The notes: generated by a model from the letters alone, not told the origin. A DNA stretch of 64,000 nt from Candidatus Zixiibacteriota bacterium (GCA_049290195.1 JBATNE010000244.1:145-64144), one strand, 5' to 3'. Counted from the first letter of the stretch, positions 41,856 to 51,616 are shown. Numbers and translations are program-made.

Positions 41856-43928
41856 TTACCCTTTCTGCCGAAGGTAATCATAGATGTCGAACTGGGCACG
41901 GTATTTACGTTTGTGCTCAGTGCTTACGACCGGCACGTTTGGCTGAACTTCCTGGTGCACCGAACTCCTGGTGTTGTCGCGCCATTGAAGCTCGAGGATT
42001 TCCTTCAGTTCGGACGCCAGCCGGGGATCGAGTATCGGGCAGGCCACTTCAACCCTTCGATCGAGATTGCGCGGCATCCAGTCAGCCGATGCAATATAGC
42101 ACTTCTCGTCTCCGCCGTTGGCGAATATGAGGACGCGCGCGTGTTCCAGGAATCGATCCACTATTCGTTTCGCGGAGATGTTTTCACTCAACCCAGGTAC
42201 GCCGGGACGAAGCGTGAACATCCCCCGGATCAGCAGCCGGATCTTGACACCGGCCATTCCGGCACGGTACAGATATTCGATCATTTCAGTGTCGGTAAGA
42301 TGATTCAATTTCAGGAAGATAGAGGCGTTCTTCCCCTGGAGAGCGTTTTCGATTTCCGTTTCGATGAACTTGATCATCCGTTTCCGCATGTTGAAGGGAG
42401 ATACAATCAACCTGTTATGGTTCGGAATCTTGTAATTGTGTTCCAGAAACTCGAATACCCGGCCAACCTCGGACGTGATCTTCTTGTTGGCTGTCATGAG
42501 GAAGTGGTCGGTATAGAGTTTGGCGGTATCCTCATTGAAATTGCCGGTTCCGACGATAGCATAGCTGACGTCTGTCCCGGATTCCTTGCGGACAATCTCG
42601 CAGATCTTGGCGTGTACCTTCAGACCCGGAACTCCGAATACAACCCGTGCGCCTGCTTCCTGAAGCTGGTTCGCCCAGTAGATATTAGCTTCTTCGTCGA
42701 AGCGCGCCTGAAGTTCGACCACGGCCACAACAGACTTCCCGTTCTTAACGGCATTCATGAGGGCGTTGACTACGCTTGAATTCCGGGCGGCACGGTACAG
42801 AGTAATCTTTATGCTGCTGACGAGCGGGTCCAGCGATGCTTCCCGCAACAGGTCAATGATGTGGTCAAAAGAGTCATAGGGGAAATGAAGCATCAAGTCC
42901 TGTCGCGAAATCGCCTGAAGGATGCTCTTGTTCTGACCGAGCTCTTTGCGCTGGCGAGGCAGAAGTGGCAGGTACCGGAGAAACGGACGGCCAACATCGG
43001 GAAAACTGGTGAAGTCCTTGATGTTGTGATAGCGGGCGCCGGCGACAACCGGATCATCCCGCTTCATCTTCAGTTTCCGCGTAATGAGCGAAACCAGTTC
43101 CTGGGGCATGTTTGAGTCAATTACCAGTCTGACTGGTCTGCCCTCTTTACGCTGCTTGAGGCTCTTATGAATCTTCCGAATGTAGCTCTCAAAGACATCG
43201 TCGTCGATATCCAATTCCGCATCCCTGGTGAGCTTAATAGTGTACGCCTTGAATCGAGCGAACGGAAAGGCGGAGAAGATGGCACGAAGGTTGTACCGAA
43301 TTACATCGTCGAGCAGAATGATATACCGGTTGCCGTTTCCCTTTGGCAAGAGCACGAAACGGGAGTGGTGGTCGGTCGGTATTTCAATTAAGGCATAACG
43401 TGAACTCTTCTTCTCGCCACGCATATACAGGCAGACGGCGAGGTAGATGGATCGGTCACGAAGTTCCGGAAATTTGGACTGCGGTGACACCATGACGGGA
43501 AACAGGCGGGGGCGTACAACCGTCTGGAAATACTCCTGGACGAAAGCTCCCTGCTTGGCATCGAGATGACTCTCGTCGACGATCGAAATCTGCTCCTTAT
43601 CAAGCGCCTTCATCAGGTCCAGCATGGTGCGGTCAAACTTGTCCTGGTTACGAGCAATTATCTGATGCACCAGCTTGAGGATTTTCGCCGGGTCGTTTCC
43701 GATCAGCTTCATCGCCTTCTTGCGAGGCGCTTTGGCCAACCGATTGAGCGTGGCGACCCGTACGCGGAAGAATTCGTCGAGGTTGGAGGAATAGATCGCG
43801 AGAAATTTGAGCCGTTCGAGGAGAGGCACCGTTTGGTCAGCCGCCTCGTCGAGAACTCTATCATTAAAGTAGAGCCAGCTGATTTCTTTGCTGACGATAA
43901 CAGGGGGCTGATTCGTTTTCTTTGGCAT
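41856..43928 (-). CDS. ppk1: Polyphosphate kinase 1
   Basis: 690 aa. EISWLYFNDRVLDEA N-terminus, the autophosphorylated His region (LKVHAKICEIVR) and two PLD-like HKD-derived domains. Confidence 0.97.
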   Translation of the reverse strand: MPKKTNQPPVIVSKEISWLYFNDRVLDEAADQTVPLLERLKFLAIYSSNLDEFFRVRVATLNRLAKAPRKKAMKLIGNDPAKILKLVHQIIARNQDKFDRTMLDLMKALDKEQISIVDESHLDAKQGAFVQEYFQTVVRPRLFPVMVSPQSKFPELRDRSIYLAVCLYMRGEKKSSRYALIEIPTDHHSRFVLLPKGNGNRYIILLDDVIRYNLRAIFSAFPFARFKAYTIKLTRDAELDIDDDVFESYIRKIHKSLKQRKEGRPVRLVIDSNMPQELVSLITRKLKMKRDDPVVAGARYHNIKDFTSFPDVGRPFLRYLPLLPRQRKELGQNKSILQAISRQDLMLHFPYDSFDHIIDLLREASLDPLVSSIKITLYRAARNSSVVNALMNAVKNGKSVVAVVELQARFDEEANIYWANQLQEAGARVVFGVPGLKVHAKICEIVRKESGTDVSYAIVGTGNFNEDTAKLYTDHFLMTANKKITSEVGRVFEFLEHNYKIPNHNRLIVSPFNMRKRMIKFIETEIENALQGKNASIFLKLNHLTDTEMIEYLYRAGMAGVKIRLLIRGMFTLRPGVPGLSENISAKRIVDRFLEHARVLIFANGGDEKCYIASADWMPRNLDRRVEVACPILDPRLASELKEILELQWRDNTRSSVHQEVQPNVPVVSTEHKRKYRAQFDIYDYLRQKG

Positions 43929-43976
43929 TGCAGCTTTTTGGCTTATCTGGAGTGGAGGTGGTTCTGTCCAGAGGTT

Positions 43977-44558
43977 TTATAGTCTGGCCCCGACTTTCGC
44001 CGTGGCATGTTCCGGATCTACGTAAAATTCAAAATGACCGCACCCTTTTCGAAGTTGCGACCATGATTTGATCTTAGTCGAGATTCCCATTGCCCCGCCT
44101 TTGGCGATTTCCCGGTCAAGTTCCGGGATGAGATGGGTGGCAAGTCCGGCAAAATGAGGGTTGTGCCCAAAGAGCGCTATACGCTGGATGCGGTCGTCGA
44201 TCTTCTTGACTGCGGCAATTAATCCGGCAGGACTTGAATCTTCGTATAAGGCTGGGACAATCTGAATCTTGAGTATGGGATAACCGAGATATTCGGCGAA
44301 GATATGCGCCGTTTCGAGTGCGCGATCAGCTGGACTTGATAATAACAGGTCAAACGACATTCGTTTCGCGGTGAGAGATCGCGCGACGCGGGCCGACTCG
44401 GCGATCCCCTCAGGGACTAGACTGCGTTCAAGGTCGGAAAGGCCGACATTTTTTGGCGCGGCTTTGCCGTGTCGGACCAGACAAATGAGTCTGGATGTAG
44501 TTTCCGGATCGAGGTCACCCTTAGCTTGTCCCATATCTTCTCTATTGTAACGGAGCAC
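43977..44558 (-). CDS. sixA: SixA-like histidine phosphatase superfamily protein
   Basis: LVRHGKA (RHG catalytic motif) and a later ALFGHNPH motif. GTG start at 44558; an alternative ATG (MGQAKG) lies at 44534. Confidence 0.8.
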   Translation of the reverse strand: MLRYNREDMGQAKGDLDPETTSRLICLVRHGKAAPKNVGLSDLERSLVPEGIAESARVARSLTAKRMSFDLLLSSPADRALETAHIFAEYLGYPILKIQIVPALYEDSSPAGLIAAVKKIDDRIQRIALFGHNPHFAGLATHLIPELDREIAKGGAMGISTKIKSWSQLRKGCGHFEFYVDPEHATAKVGARL

Positions 44559-44758
44559 TGCTATGGTACGGCTATCAAAACCGTGGTCAAGTTAGGAGTG
44601 TGTTAGGGCGACGACTGAAGCGACGTTAACCTAATTGAAGGTGGGACTGGAGTTTAGGTCTGCAGGGGTATGTTACTGGAATTTCGAAGAGATCGGGAAC
44701 CTGTTTCGCAAGTTCATAAGGATCTCGATTTTGTAATGTAGATAGACTAATCTAAAAG

Positions 44759-44831
44759 CTCCCCCGGCTGGACTCGAACCAGCGACCCGCTGATTAACAG
44801 TCAGCTGCTCTACCAGCTGAGCTACAGGGGA
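44759..44831 (-). tRNA. tRNA-Asn (anticodon GTT)
   Basis: Hand-folded cloverleaf: acceptor UCCCCUG/CGGGGGA, D-arm GCUC-AGCUGGUA-GAGC, anticodon arm GCUGA-CUGUUAA-UCAGC, T-arm GCUGG-UUCGAGU-CCAGC, discriminator G. CCA is not encoded. Confidence 0.92.
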
Positions 44832-44943
44832 GTGTACAAAACAAATAACTATGTCCTCCCGGCAACGGGAGACCCCTAGTATATATCAAAATCCAAACAT
44901 GTCAATCAGTTTTCACCGACCCGACCTATACTTTATCCCCCCG

Positions 44944-45101
44944 TCCGACATCGACTTGCCATCCGATCCCCAAGACGCAGAGGGGCCAAATCACTAACGA
45001 CCGACATCGGCCTGCCACCCGATCCCCAAAACGGCGAGAGGCCATACCACAACAAGACATCGACCGGTCAAAACTCGACCGATCGCTTACCAAAACGACA
45101 T
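44944..45101. repeat. Degenerate ~56-bp tandem repeat (2 full copies plus 1 diverged)
   Basis: CCGACATCGACTTGCCATCCGATCCCCAAGACGCAGAGGGGCCAAATCAC versus CCGACATCGGCCTGCCACCCGATCCCCAAAACGGCGAGAGGCCATACCAC, followed by a diverged GACATCGACCGGTC...CCAAAACGACATG unit. Confidence 0.55.
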
Positions 45102-45530
45102 GCTCCGATTCAGCACCCCCCGCCCTTGTTCGCCAGCTCTCGGCAGCAAAGGTGATCATGAATGGCAGATGCCAAAGATAGTTAGGGTCGCTTCGACCTC
45201 TCGGTCATTACATACCCGACCCCTGACCCGGAGTCGCAATTCACTGATCCCGATCCCACATCAACAATCACGGATCCCTGTCCCGGTCCAATGCCATCAG
45301 CACAATTATTGGAAGCTGCCCCTATAAGACGGTATCCTGTTTGCCTCAAAGCGAACATCGACCGCATTCCTTCGGCGGAGTCGATATCTCCGCCGTGATT
45401 GCTTCGCGCCTCGGTCCCTTAACTCCTTATGTCTCTTAACAATCGTTAACCGTGAGCACGGAACATTGGCCGGTCGCCTCTCGTAGAAGACATCAACGAG
45501 CACGTATTAATTCCCATTCTTGGAGGCGCT

Positions 45531-46556
45531 ATGACTATCACACGAAAAGTAATCCTGCTGGCGGTCATTATGATGCTGGCAGTTGGCGTTAACAGTTTCG
45601 CCAAAAGCTCCCGCTCCAGCGGAGACGCCTGGATGGGAGTGTATACGCAGACGGTCGACCACGAAATGGCCCGCGCATTCAATCTTAAATCCGAACGCGG
45701 AGTGGTAATCAACGAAGTTGTCGAAGATTCTCCTGCGGACAAAGCCGGCCTGAAGGAAGAAGATGTCATTATCGGAGCCAACGGGTCGAAAATCGAAACG
45801 TCCGATGATCTGACTGATATGGTCGATGATGCCAAGCCGGGCGACAAAATCACTCTCGATGTCATCCGCGACGGCAAAGAGATGCAGCTCGCCATCACGC
45901 TGGGGGACCGGAGCGACAGCAACGAGCGGACTTTCTCCTGGACTTCTCCCACAGCACCACTAGCAGCCATGGCTCCTCGCAATTTTGCCTTCAACTTTAA
46001 CGGCCATGACAACGGCTCATTTATTGGTGTCTCCATGACCGACCTGACCGAGCAGCTCGGTGACTATTTCGGCGTCAAGAACGGCAACGGTGTGTTGGTT
46101 AGCGATGTCGACCGTGACTCACCGGCGGAGAAAGCCGGCATCAAGGCAGGGGATGTGATCGTCGCCATAGACGGCGAAAAAGTCGCGGACTCGCGGGATG
46201 TCCGGGACCTGGTCCAGGATCGCAAAGTCGGTACCACGGCGTCGATAGATGTTCTTCGCGACCACAAGCCGATGACCCTGAAGGTCCAGGTTGAGAAGCG
46301 CAAGAGCGGAAATTTCTTTGGGTACAGCTATGGTAGTGGCAAGAACTCAGTTGTCTCGATTCCCCGTATGCGCGGCCTGAATTTCGGCTCTGATGACGGT
46401 GACGAACTGGACAACACCGAGCTTCGCCAGCAGATGGAAGAATTGCGGGCTAAACTGGCGGATATGAAAGTTGAATTGAAGAATGACAAGGATCTTCAGG
46501 AACAGCTCCGCGAGCTGAAGGAAGAGCTCAAAGAACTCAAAGCCAAATTGCACTAA
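45531..46556 (+). CDS. Secreted tandem-PDZ protein with C-terminal coiled coil (no protease domain)
   Basis: GGAGG SD and a signal peptide. Two PDZ domains (GVVINEVVEDSPADKAGLKEEDVIIGANG; GVLVSDVDRDSPAEKAGIKAGDVIVAIDG). Heptad-rich tail ELRQQMEELRAKLADMKVELKNDKDLQEQLRELKEELKELKAKLH. Confidence 0.8.
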   Translation: MTITRKVILLAVIMMLAVGVNSFAKSSRSSGDAWMGVYTQTVDHEMARAFNLKSERGVVINEVVEDSPADKAGLKEEDVIIGANGSKIETSDDLTDMVDDAKPGDKITLDVIRDGKEMQLAITLGDRSDSNERTFSWTSPTAPLAAMAPRNFAFNFNGHDNGSFIGVSMTDLTEQLGDYFGVKNGNGVLVSDVDRDSPAEKAGIKAGDVIVAIDGEKVADSRDVRDLVQDRKVGTTASIDVLRDHKPMTLKVQVEKRKSGNFFGYSYGSGKNSVVSIPRMRGLNFGSDDGDELDNTELRQQMEELRAKLADMKVELKNDKDLQEQLRELKEELKELKAKLH

Positions 46557-46592
46557 ACGCCGTTTTCCTTACATTACATGTCTCCCTTTCAG

Positions 46593-46620
46593 GAAAGCCC
46601 TGTCGCAAGACGGGGCTTTC
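46593..46620 (+). terminator. Rho-independent terminator after the PDZ gene
   Basis: GAAAGCCCTGTC-GCAA-GACGGGGCTTTC (12-bp stem with one G-U pair, GNRA-like loop) followed by AATTTTCCATTT. Confidence 0.65.
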
Positions 46621-46676
46621 AATTTTCCATTTGAAGCTTGCCCTGCCTCATACTGGATTCCTATCTTGGTACATCT

Positions 46677-47648
46677 ATGGCGCAATTGACTGTCGAAACA
46701 CTGTACCGGGAACGGAACCATGACCTGGAGCTGACCCTGCTCTCCGGCACCGAAGCCGGTCTCAAGAAGGTCATCAATAACGCGGAACTTCATCGCCCCG
46801 GACTGGCGCTGGCCGGTTTTTTCGAGCGGTTTGCCAATAAGCGAGTCCAGATCCTTGGTGAGACGGAGATGACCTTCATTTCCGGGATGGACCCCGCAAC
46901 CCTGACGGCGATCTCCGAGAAGATTTTCGCGTTTGACATTCCGATGGTGATAATCGCCAAAGGGATCACTCCTCCGCTGGAATTCATCAATGTCGCCGAC
47001 CGATTCAACACGGCCATTTTCTCCAGCCGTCTGACCACGGCTGTACTGCTCAATAGACTGTCGGCCTTCCTCGATCACACCTTTGCACCCTCGATCAATG
47101 TCCATGGCACTCTGGTTGACGTGTACGGGGTAGGTCTTCTGTACACCGGCAAGTCAGGCGTCGGGAAATCCGAAGTCGCCCTGGACCTGGTTGAACGGGG
47201 GCACAGGCTGGTTGCCGATGATGTCTGCAAAGTGACTCGCGTCGCGCCCGATGTCATTATTGGATCAGGTTCGGAACTCCTCGGGCACCACATGGAAATC
47301 CGCGGTGTGGGTATTATCGATATCGAGGAGTTATTCGGGATTCGGGCGATTCGCCTTCAGAAGCGTATCGAAGTCGAAGTTCATCTCGCCTTGTGGTCCG
47401 AGACAATTGAATACGAACGACTGGGTATTCAGGATCGCATGACCACGGTACTGGGTGTCGAGATCCCGCAGATTACAGTGCCGATCTCTCCCGGAAAGAA
47501 CATCACGGTGATATCCGAAGTCATCGCGATGAATCACATGCTGAAAGTGTATGGTGAGAATTCGGCGGTGGAGTTTACCAAGAAGCTCTCTCAAAGGCTG
47601 GCCCGCCAATCAACTACACGGGATTACCTCGAGTCGGATTTCGAGTAG
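46677..47648 (+). CDS. hprK: HPr(Ser) kinase/phosphorylase
   Basis: Walker A GKSGVGKSEVAL, the HprK signature LVADD...EIRGVGIIDI, and a length of about 320 aa. Start at MAQLTVE. Confidence 0.9.
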   Translation: MAQLTVETLYRERNHDLELTLLSGTEAGLKKVINNAELHRPGLALAGFFERFANKRVQILGETEMTFISGMDPATLTAISEKIFAFDIPMVIIAKGITPPLEFINVADRFNTAIFSSRLTTAVLLNRLSAFLDHTFAPSINVHGTLVDVYGVGLLYTGKSGVGKSEVALDLVERGHRLVADDVCKVTRVAPDVIIGSGSELLGHHMEIRGVGIIDIEELFGIRAIRLQKRIEVEVHLALWSETIEYERLGIQDRMTTVLGVEIPQITVPISPGKNITVISEVIAMNHMLKVYGENSAVEFTKKLSQRLARQSTTRDYLESDFE

Positions 47649-47785
47649 TCGGCTCTCTTTTCCAAACTCCTTGCCGAAAAACAGCTTACCTCTTATATAT
47701 ATCCTTTCCATCGGGTCCGATTCTGCGGAACCGGTGTCATGCCGTACGGTAGAATGAAAGACTGACTCAGGAGGATACATTTCGA

Positions 47786-49528
47786 ATGAAGTTTAACTAT
47801 CGCATTGCGCTCTTGCTGGCGTGTCTCGGCATTGCCATTCTGGCGGTGTGGGGATGCAGCAAGTCCGACAGCCAGACTGTAGCGCAGGTGGGTGACTATG
47901 ACATTAGCTTGAAAGAGTTCACCAATCTGACCAAGAACATCCGTGGTAATTACGCTACGGCTCAGGATGAATTTAACGCCAAGAACAAGTTTCTGGATTC
48001 TCTGATAAACCAGCGCCTGTTGATCCAGGCGGCTTACGACAAGAACCTGGACAAGGCGGATGAAGTCACCACTGTGGTGGCCCAGAACAAAGACAAATTT
48101 CTGCTGGACATACTGTATGGCCGGGAAATCGAAGCCAAGGCCAAGCCGACCGAGGCCGACCTCAAGGAGTTCTATAATCGCCGCGATACCAAGTATCACG
48201 TCGCTCATATCATGGTCTCCAAGAAGGACACCGCCGACATGCTCATCCAGAAACTCAAAGAGGGAGCCAGCTTTGAGCAACTGGCGTTTGACCATTCCAT
48301 CGATCCCAATGCCAAACGGAGCAAAGGGGACATGGGGTTTGTGACCTGGGGAAGTATGTCCAATCTTCCTGAGATCGAAGAAGCTGCCTTTAAGCTTCAG
48401 CCGGGAGAAGTCTCACCGCCGGTGGAATCCCGTTACGGATTTCATATTCTCAAATTGATCGACAAGCAGCCGAATACCCCGCGAGATTCATTTGAGAAGA
48501 TGCACGCCTCGCTGGAACGGGAATTGACCGAGATTCGACGGACGCGCGCCGCCCTCACCTATATCCAGGCGATGCGCAAGAAATACCCGGTCACGGTCGA
48601 CAAGACCACCTGCGACTACCTGCTCAAGAAGCGGGAGCAGCTGTATCCGCCGGAATTGCTCGCCACCCTGCCGAAAAATGATTTCGACGACGCGCAACTG
48701 GATCGTTCCGAAAAGGAACTGGTACTGGCCACCTGGGAAGGGGGACAGGAACAGGTTGGGGACTACCTCGCTGATTCGCGGAAACTGCCGGCCGCCATTC
48801 GGCCGAATTTCGACAGCTATGATTCCCTGGCGATCATGGTCTTCCAGATCAAGATCACGGATATTCTCACGTACGAAGCTTCCAAAGCCGGTGTCGAGAA
48901 TGATGAAGAATACAAGTCCAAGCTAAAGCTGTTCCGCGAACTCTCCATGGCTGACCTCATGAAAAACGATTCGAGCTTCAAGGCGACCGAGCCGACCGAA
49001 GAAGAAGTTCGGGGATTCTATGACACACACCGCGAGAACTACATGGAACCTGCCCGCGTGCACGTGTATGAAATTCAGTTGAGCGATGAGATCCAGGCCG
49101 GCAAGCTGGCCAAGCAGCTCAAGTCTCTGGATGATTTCAAGAAGAAAGCTACAGAGTTGTCCGAACGGGCTGCCAAGAAGGCCAGCGGCGGAGATCTGGG
49201 GTACCTTCAGCGGGAATGGTTCCCCGAAGCTTTCGATCTCGCCTGGAAGATGTCGGTAGGAACGGTCGGAGGTCCGGTGGTGGCCGGTGGCAAGTATTCG
49301 ATTATCTATCTGGTCGACAAGATCGACCAGCAGGTCACCGACTATCTGGGTGTTAAACGCCAGATAGCCGATCAGATCACCAAAGAGAAGTCGGCGGCCA
49401 AGTACAGCCAGTGGATCTCAGAGCGTCGCGCCGCCACTACTATTAAGGTCAACACGGACGTACTCTGGACGACTGTCGATAAAACCAAATACGCGGCCAC
49501 GGATTCGACCGCGGTAAAGAAGAACTAA
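47786..49528 (+). CDS. Peptidyl-prolyl isomerase, parvulin domain with SurA/PpiD-like chaperone regions
   Basis: Lipoprotein-like signal (LAVWGCSK) and a parvulin motif (YHVAHIMV...GDMGFVTWGSM...GFHILKL). 580 aa. Confidence 0.8.
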   Translation: MKFNYRIALLLACLGIAILAVWGCSKSDSQTVAQVGDYDISLKEFTNLTKNIRGNYATAQDEFNAKNKFLDSLINQRLLIQAAYDKNLDKADEVTTVVAQNKDKFLLDILYGREIEAKAKPTEADLKEFYNRRDTKYHVAHIMVSKKDTADMLIQKLKEGASFEQLAFDHSIDPNAKRSKGDMGFVTWGSMSNLPEIEEAAFKLQPGEVSPPVESRYGFHILKLIDKQPNTPRDSFEKMHASLERELTEIRRTRAALTYIQAMRKKYPVTVDKTTCDYLLKKREQLYPPELLATLPKNDFDDAQLDRSEKELVLATWEGGQEQVGDYLADSRKLPAAIRPNFDSYDSLAIMVFQIKITDILTYEASKAGVENDEEYKSKLKLFRELSMADLMKNDSSFKATEPTEEEVRGFYDTHRENYMEPARVHVYEIQLSDEIQAGKLAKQLKSLDDFKKKATELSERAAKKASGGDLGYLQREWFPEAFDLAWKMSVGTVGGPVVAGGKYSIIYLVDKIDQQVTDYLGVKRQIADQITKEKSAAKYSQWISERRAATTIKVNTDVLWTTVDKTKYAATDSTAVKKN

Positions 49529-50832
49529 TGACCAAGACCATTCTGTGCGCGGCCCTCCTGGTCGCGGGAATCGCAATGACCCCCGGGTCCGCCCGGGCGG
49601 AGCGAGAGAAAATCGACCGCATTGTTGCGATCGTAGGCAAGGAAGTTATCCTCGCGACCGAACTGGCCAGCCAGATGCAGATGGTCGCCCTCCAGACGGG
49701 ACGTCGCCCCACCACCCAAAGTGAGGCCGAAGCGTTCCAGAAGGAGACACTCGACCAGATGATTTCCGACAAGCTGTTCCTCCTGGAAGCGAAAAAGGAT
49801 ACGTCGATTACGATCCGTTCCGAGGAGATCGATCAGTCGGTCGAAGAGCAGGTGGCCCGTGTGGCAGGAAGGTTCAAATCCAATGAGGAGTTTCTGGGCG
49901 CACTCGCCAAGGAAGGGCTGACTCTTCGCGACCTGAAGAAGCGGTATCGTACCGATGTCGAGAGCCAGTATCTGAAGCAGAAATTGATTCAGAAGAAGCT
50001 GTACTCGGTTTCCGTTTCCCGCAAGGAAGTGGAGGACTTTTACGAGCGGTATAAAGACTCGATTCCCAATCAACCGGAGGGAATCAAGTTGGCACATATT
50101 CTGTTGAAGATCTCCGCCTCGCGCAAAGTTGAAGACTCGGTCAAGGCGCTTGGGATGCAGTTGCGCCAGCGTGCGGTTGCCGGTGAAGATTTTGCCGAGC
50201 TGAGCAGGAAGTTCTCCGGCCTGGGAGCCGGGGAAAACGGCGGTGATCTTGGTCTGGTGTCTCGTGACGAAATGGTTCCGGAATTCTCCCGCGCCGCTTT
50301 CGTACTGAATCCGGGCGAGATTTCCGGCGTAATCAGGACTCAGTTTGGCTATCACGTCATCAAGTGTGAGGAACGTCAGGGTGAGAAGCTGAGACTCCGG
50401 CATATCATGCTGGCTGTTTCTCCGACCGCGCAGGACTCGGCCGCCGTTCGTACTGTGGCCGACTCATTGATGACCGTTATCAAGGCGGGTGGAGATTTCT
50501 CCGAACTCGCCAAGACCTTTTCGGACGACAATGAAACCCGCGCACAGGGGGGAGAACTGGGCTGGTTTGCCCTCACACAGCTTCCAGGTGAATTCACGGA
50601 AATCGTCAAGGATTGGAAAAGTCCCGGTGAGTTTCGCGGACCGGTACTTTCGGCCGAAGGTTATCATATCGTCAAGTTGCTCGACTATCAACCCGAGAAG
50701 AAGTACAATCTGACCGACGATTTCGACCGGATCAAGGATCTTGCCCGACAGGACAAGACCGGCAAGATGGTTGACAAGTGGCTGGATCAGATCAAGTCCC
50801 GGACCTTTTTGGAGTATCGTCTTCAAAGCTGA
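49528..50832 (+). CDS. surA: SurA-like periplasmic chaperone/PPIase with two parvulin domains
   Basis: Signal peptide, SurA N-domain (IDRIVAIVGKEVILATEL), and two parvulin domains (GGDLGLVSRDEMVPEF...GYHVIKC; GGELGWFALTQLPGEF...GYHIVKL). TAATG coupling to the upstream PPIase. Confidence 0.85.
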   Translation: MTKTILCAALLVAGIAMTPGSARAEREKIDRIVAIVGKEVILATELASQMQMVALQTGRRPTTQSEAEAFQKETLDQMISDKLFLLEAKKDTSITIRSEEIDQSVEEQVARVAGRFKSNEEFLGALAKEGLTLRDLKKRYRTDVESQYLKQKLIQKKLYSVSVSRKEVEDFYERYKDSIPNQPEGIKLAHILLKISASRKVEDSVKALGMQLRQRAVAGEDFAELSRKFSGLGAGENGGDLGLVSRDEMVPEFSRAAFVLNPGEISGVIRTQFGYHVIKCEERQGEKLRLRHIMLAVSPTAQDSAAVRTVADSLMTVIKAGGDFSELAKTFSDDNETRAQGGELGWFALTQLPGEFTEIVKDWKSPGEFRGPVLSAEGYHIVKLLDYQPEKKYNLTDDFDRIKDLARQDKTGKMVDKWLDQIKSRTFLEYRLQS

Positions 50833-51074
50833 TGCGGGTTGACGATTATCTCTCCACGGTCGGCATTATCAAGCGCCGGACTATCGCCAAGGAAATGGCC
50901 GACAACGGCCTTGTCGAAGTCAATGGCCGCAAGGTCAAACCGTCGTACGAAATCAAGGTCAATGATATTATTATCATCAAGGGAAGTCACCCCTTTCGGG
51001 CCGAAGTGACCGATATCCCCAGAGGCAACGTCAACAAAGAGAAGCGCCTGCTCTATTTCAAAGAACTTGCCTGA
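50832..51074 (+). CDS. S4-domain RNA-binding protein (Hsp15/YabO-like small protein)
   Basis: MRVDDYLSTVGIIKRRTIAKEMADNGLVEVNGRKVKPSYEIKVNDIIII is a canonical S4 alpha-L motif. The ATG overlaps the surA stop (TGATG). Confidence 0.8.
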   Translation: MRVDDYLSTVGIIKRRTIAKEMADNGLVEVNGRKVKPSYEIKVNDIIIIKGSHPFRAEVTDIPRGNVNKEKRLLYFKELA

Positions 51075-51080
51075 AAATCA

Positions 51081-51110
51081 AATGCCGGTGACCCTGGGGC
51101 CACCGGCATT
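51081..51110 (-). terminator. Terminator shared by convergent genes (better on the minus strand)
   Basis: AATGCCGGTG-ACCCTGGGGC-CACCGGCATT 10-bp stem. On the minus strand it is followed by TTGATTTTC. Confidence 0.65.
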
Positions 51111-51133
51111 CTCGTATCTGAAATCAAATACGA

Positions 51134-51616
51134 CTACTTGCCGAACATCCACCCGGCGGTGAATTTGGCATCCGGGGCATCCGCGAAGCCGAGTTTCGCT
51201 TCGACAAAGAACCGCCCCATATTCTTGTTGGTCAGCTGGCGAGATAAGCCACCTTCGATATAAATACCGAATTTGGTCGTGCTCCCAAGACCCCCTTCAA
51301 ATGAATAGAACACCGGTCCCACGCCGCCACCGATGTACGGTGTCCAGGCCAGCCAGTTGTGGCGGAACCGATAGTCCAACTCGAAGGTCGGAGCAACGGT
51401 CGTGACGTGGTCTCCAAAGCCCAATTCCAGATTCGGTAACATCATGAGTCCCGGCGTAATATCGCCGAAATCAACCTGTCCACCGATATGGATCTGGTCC
51501 GGATTAACGGTGAACCCGACGCGCGGTCCGACACCGCAGAACCCTGCTGATCGATCCGCCGCGGAGGCACTACCGACGACCAGTATGAGCAGTGCAATCA
51601 TCACAAGTTGTTTCAT
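51134..51616 (-). CDS. Small outer-membrane beta-barrel protein (OMP_b-brl/OmpW-like)
   Basis: GAGGAG SD, signal peptide MKQLVMIALLILVVGSASA, alternating amphipathic strands, and a C-terminal aromatic residue pattern ...FTAGWMFGK. Confidence 0.7.
   Translation of the reverse strand: MKQLVMIALLILVVGSASAADRSAGFCGVGPRVGFTVNPDQIHIGGQVDFGDITPGLMMLPNLELGFGDHVTTVAPTFELDYRFRHNWLAWTPYIGGGVGPVFYSFEGGLGSTTKFGIYIEGGLSRQLTNKNMGRFFVEAKLGFADAPDAKFTAGWMFGK

Noticed and set aside
41850-42779. 309-aa ORF on the plus strand
   Set aside because: It is antisense to ppk1. It has no SD and no recognisable domain.
49525-50403. 292-aa ORF on the minus strand
   Set aside because: It is antisense to the SurA-like gene. 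Its composition is Leu/Arg/Gln-rich with no motifs.
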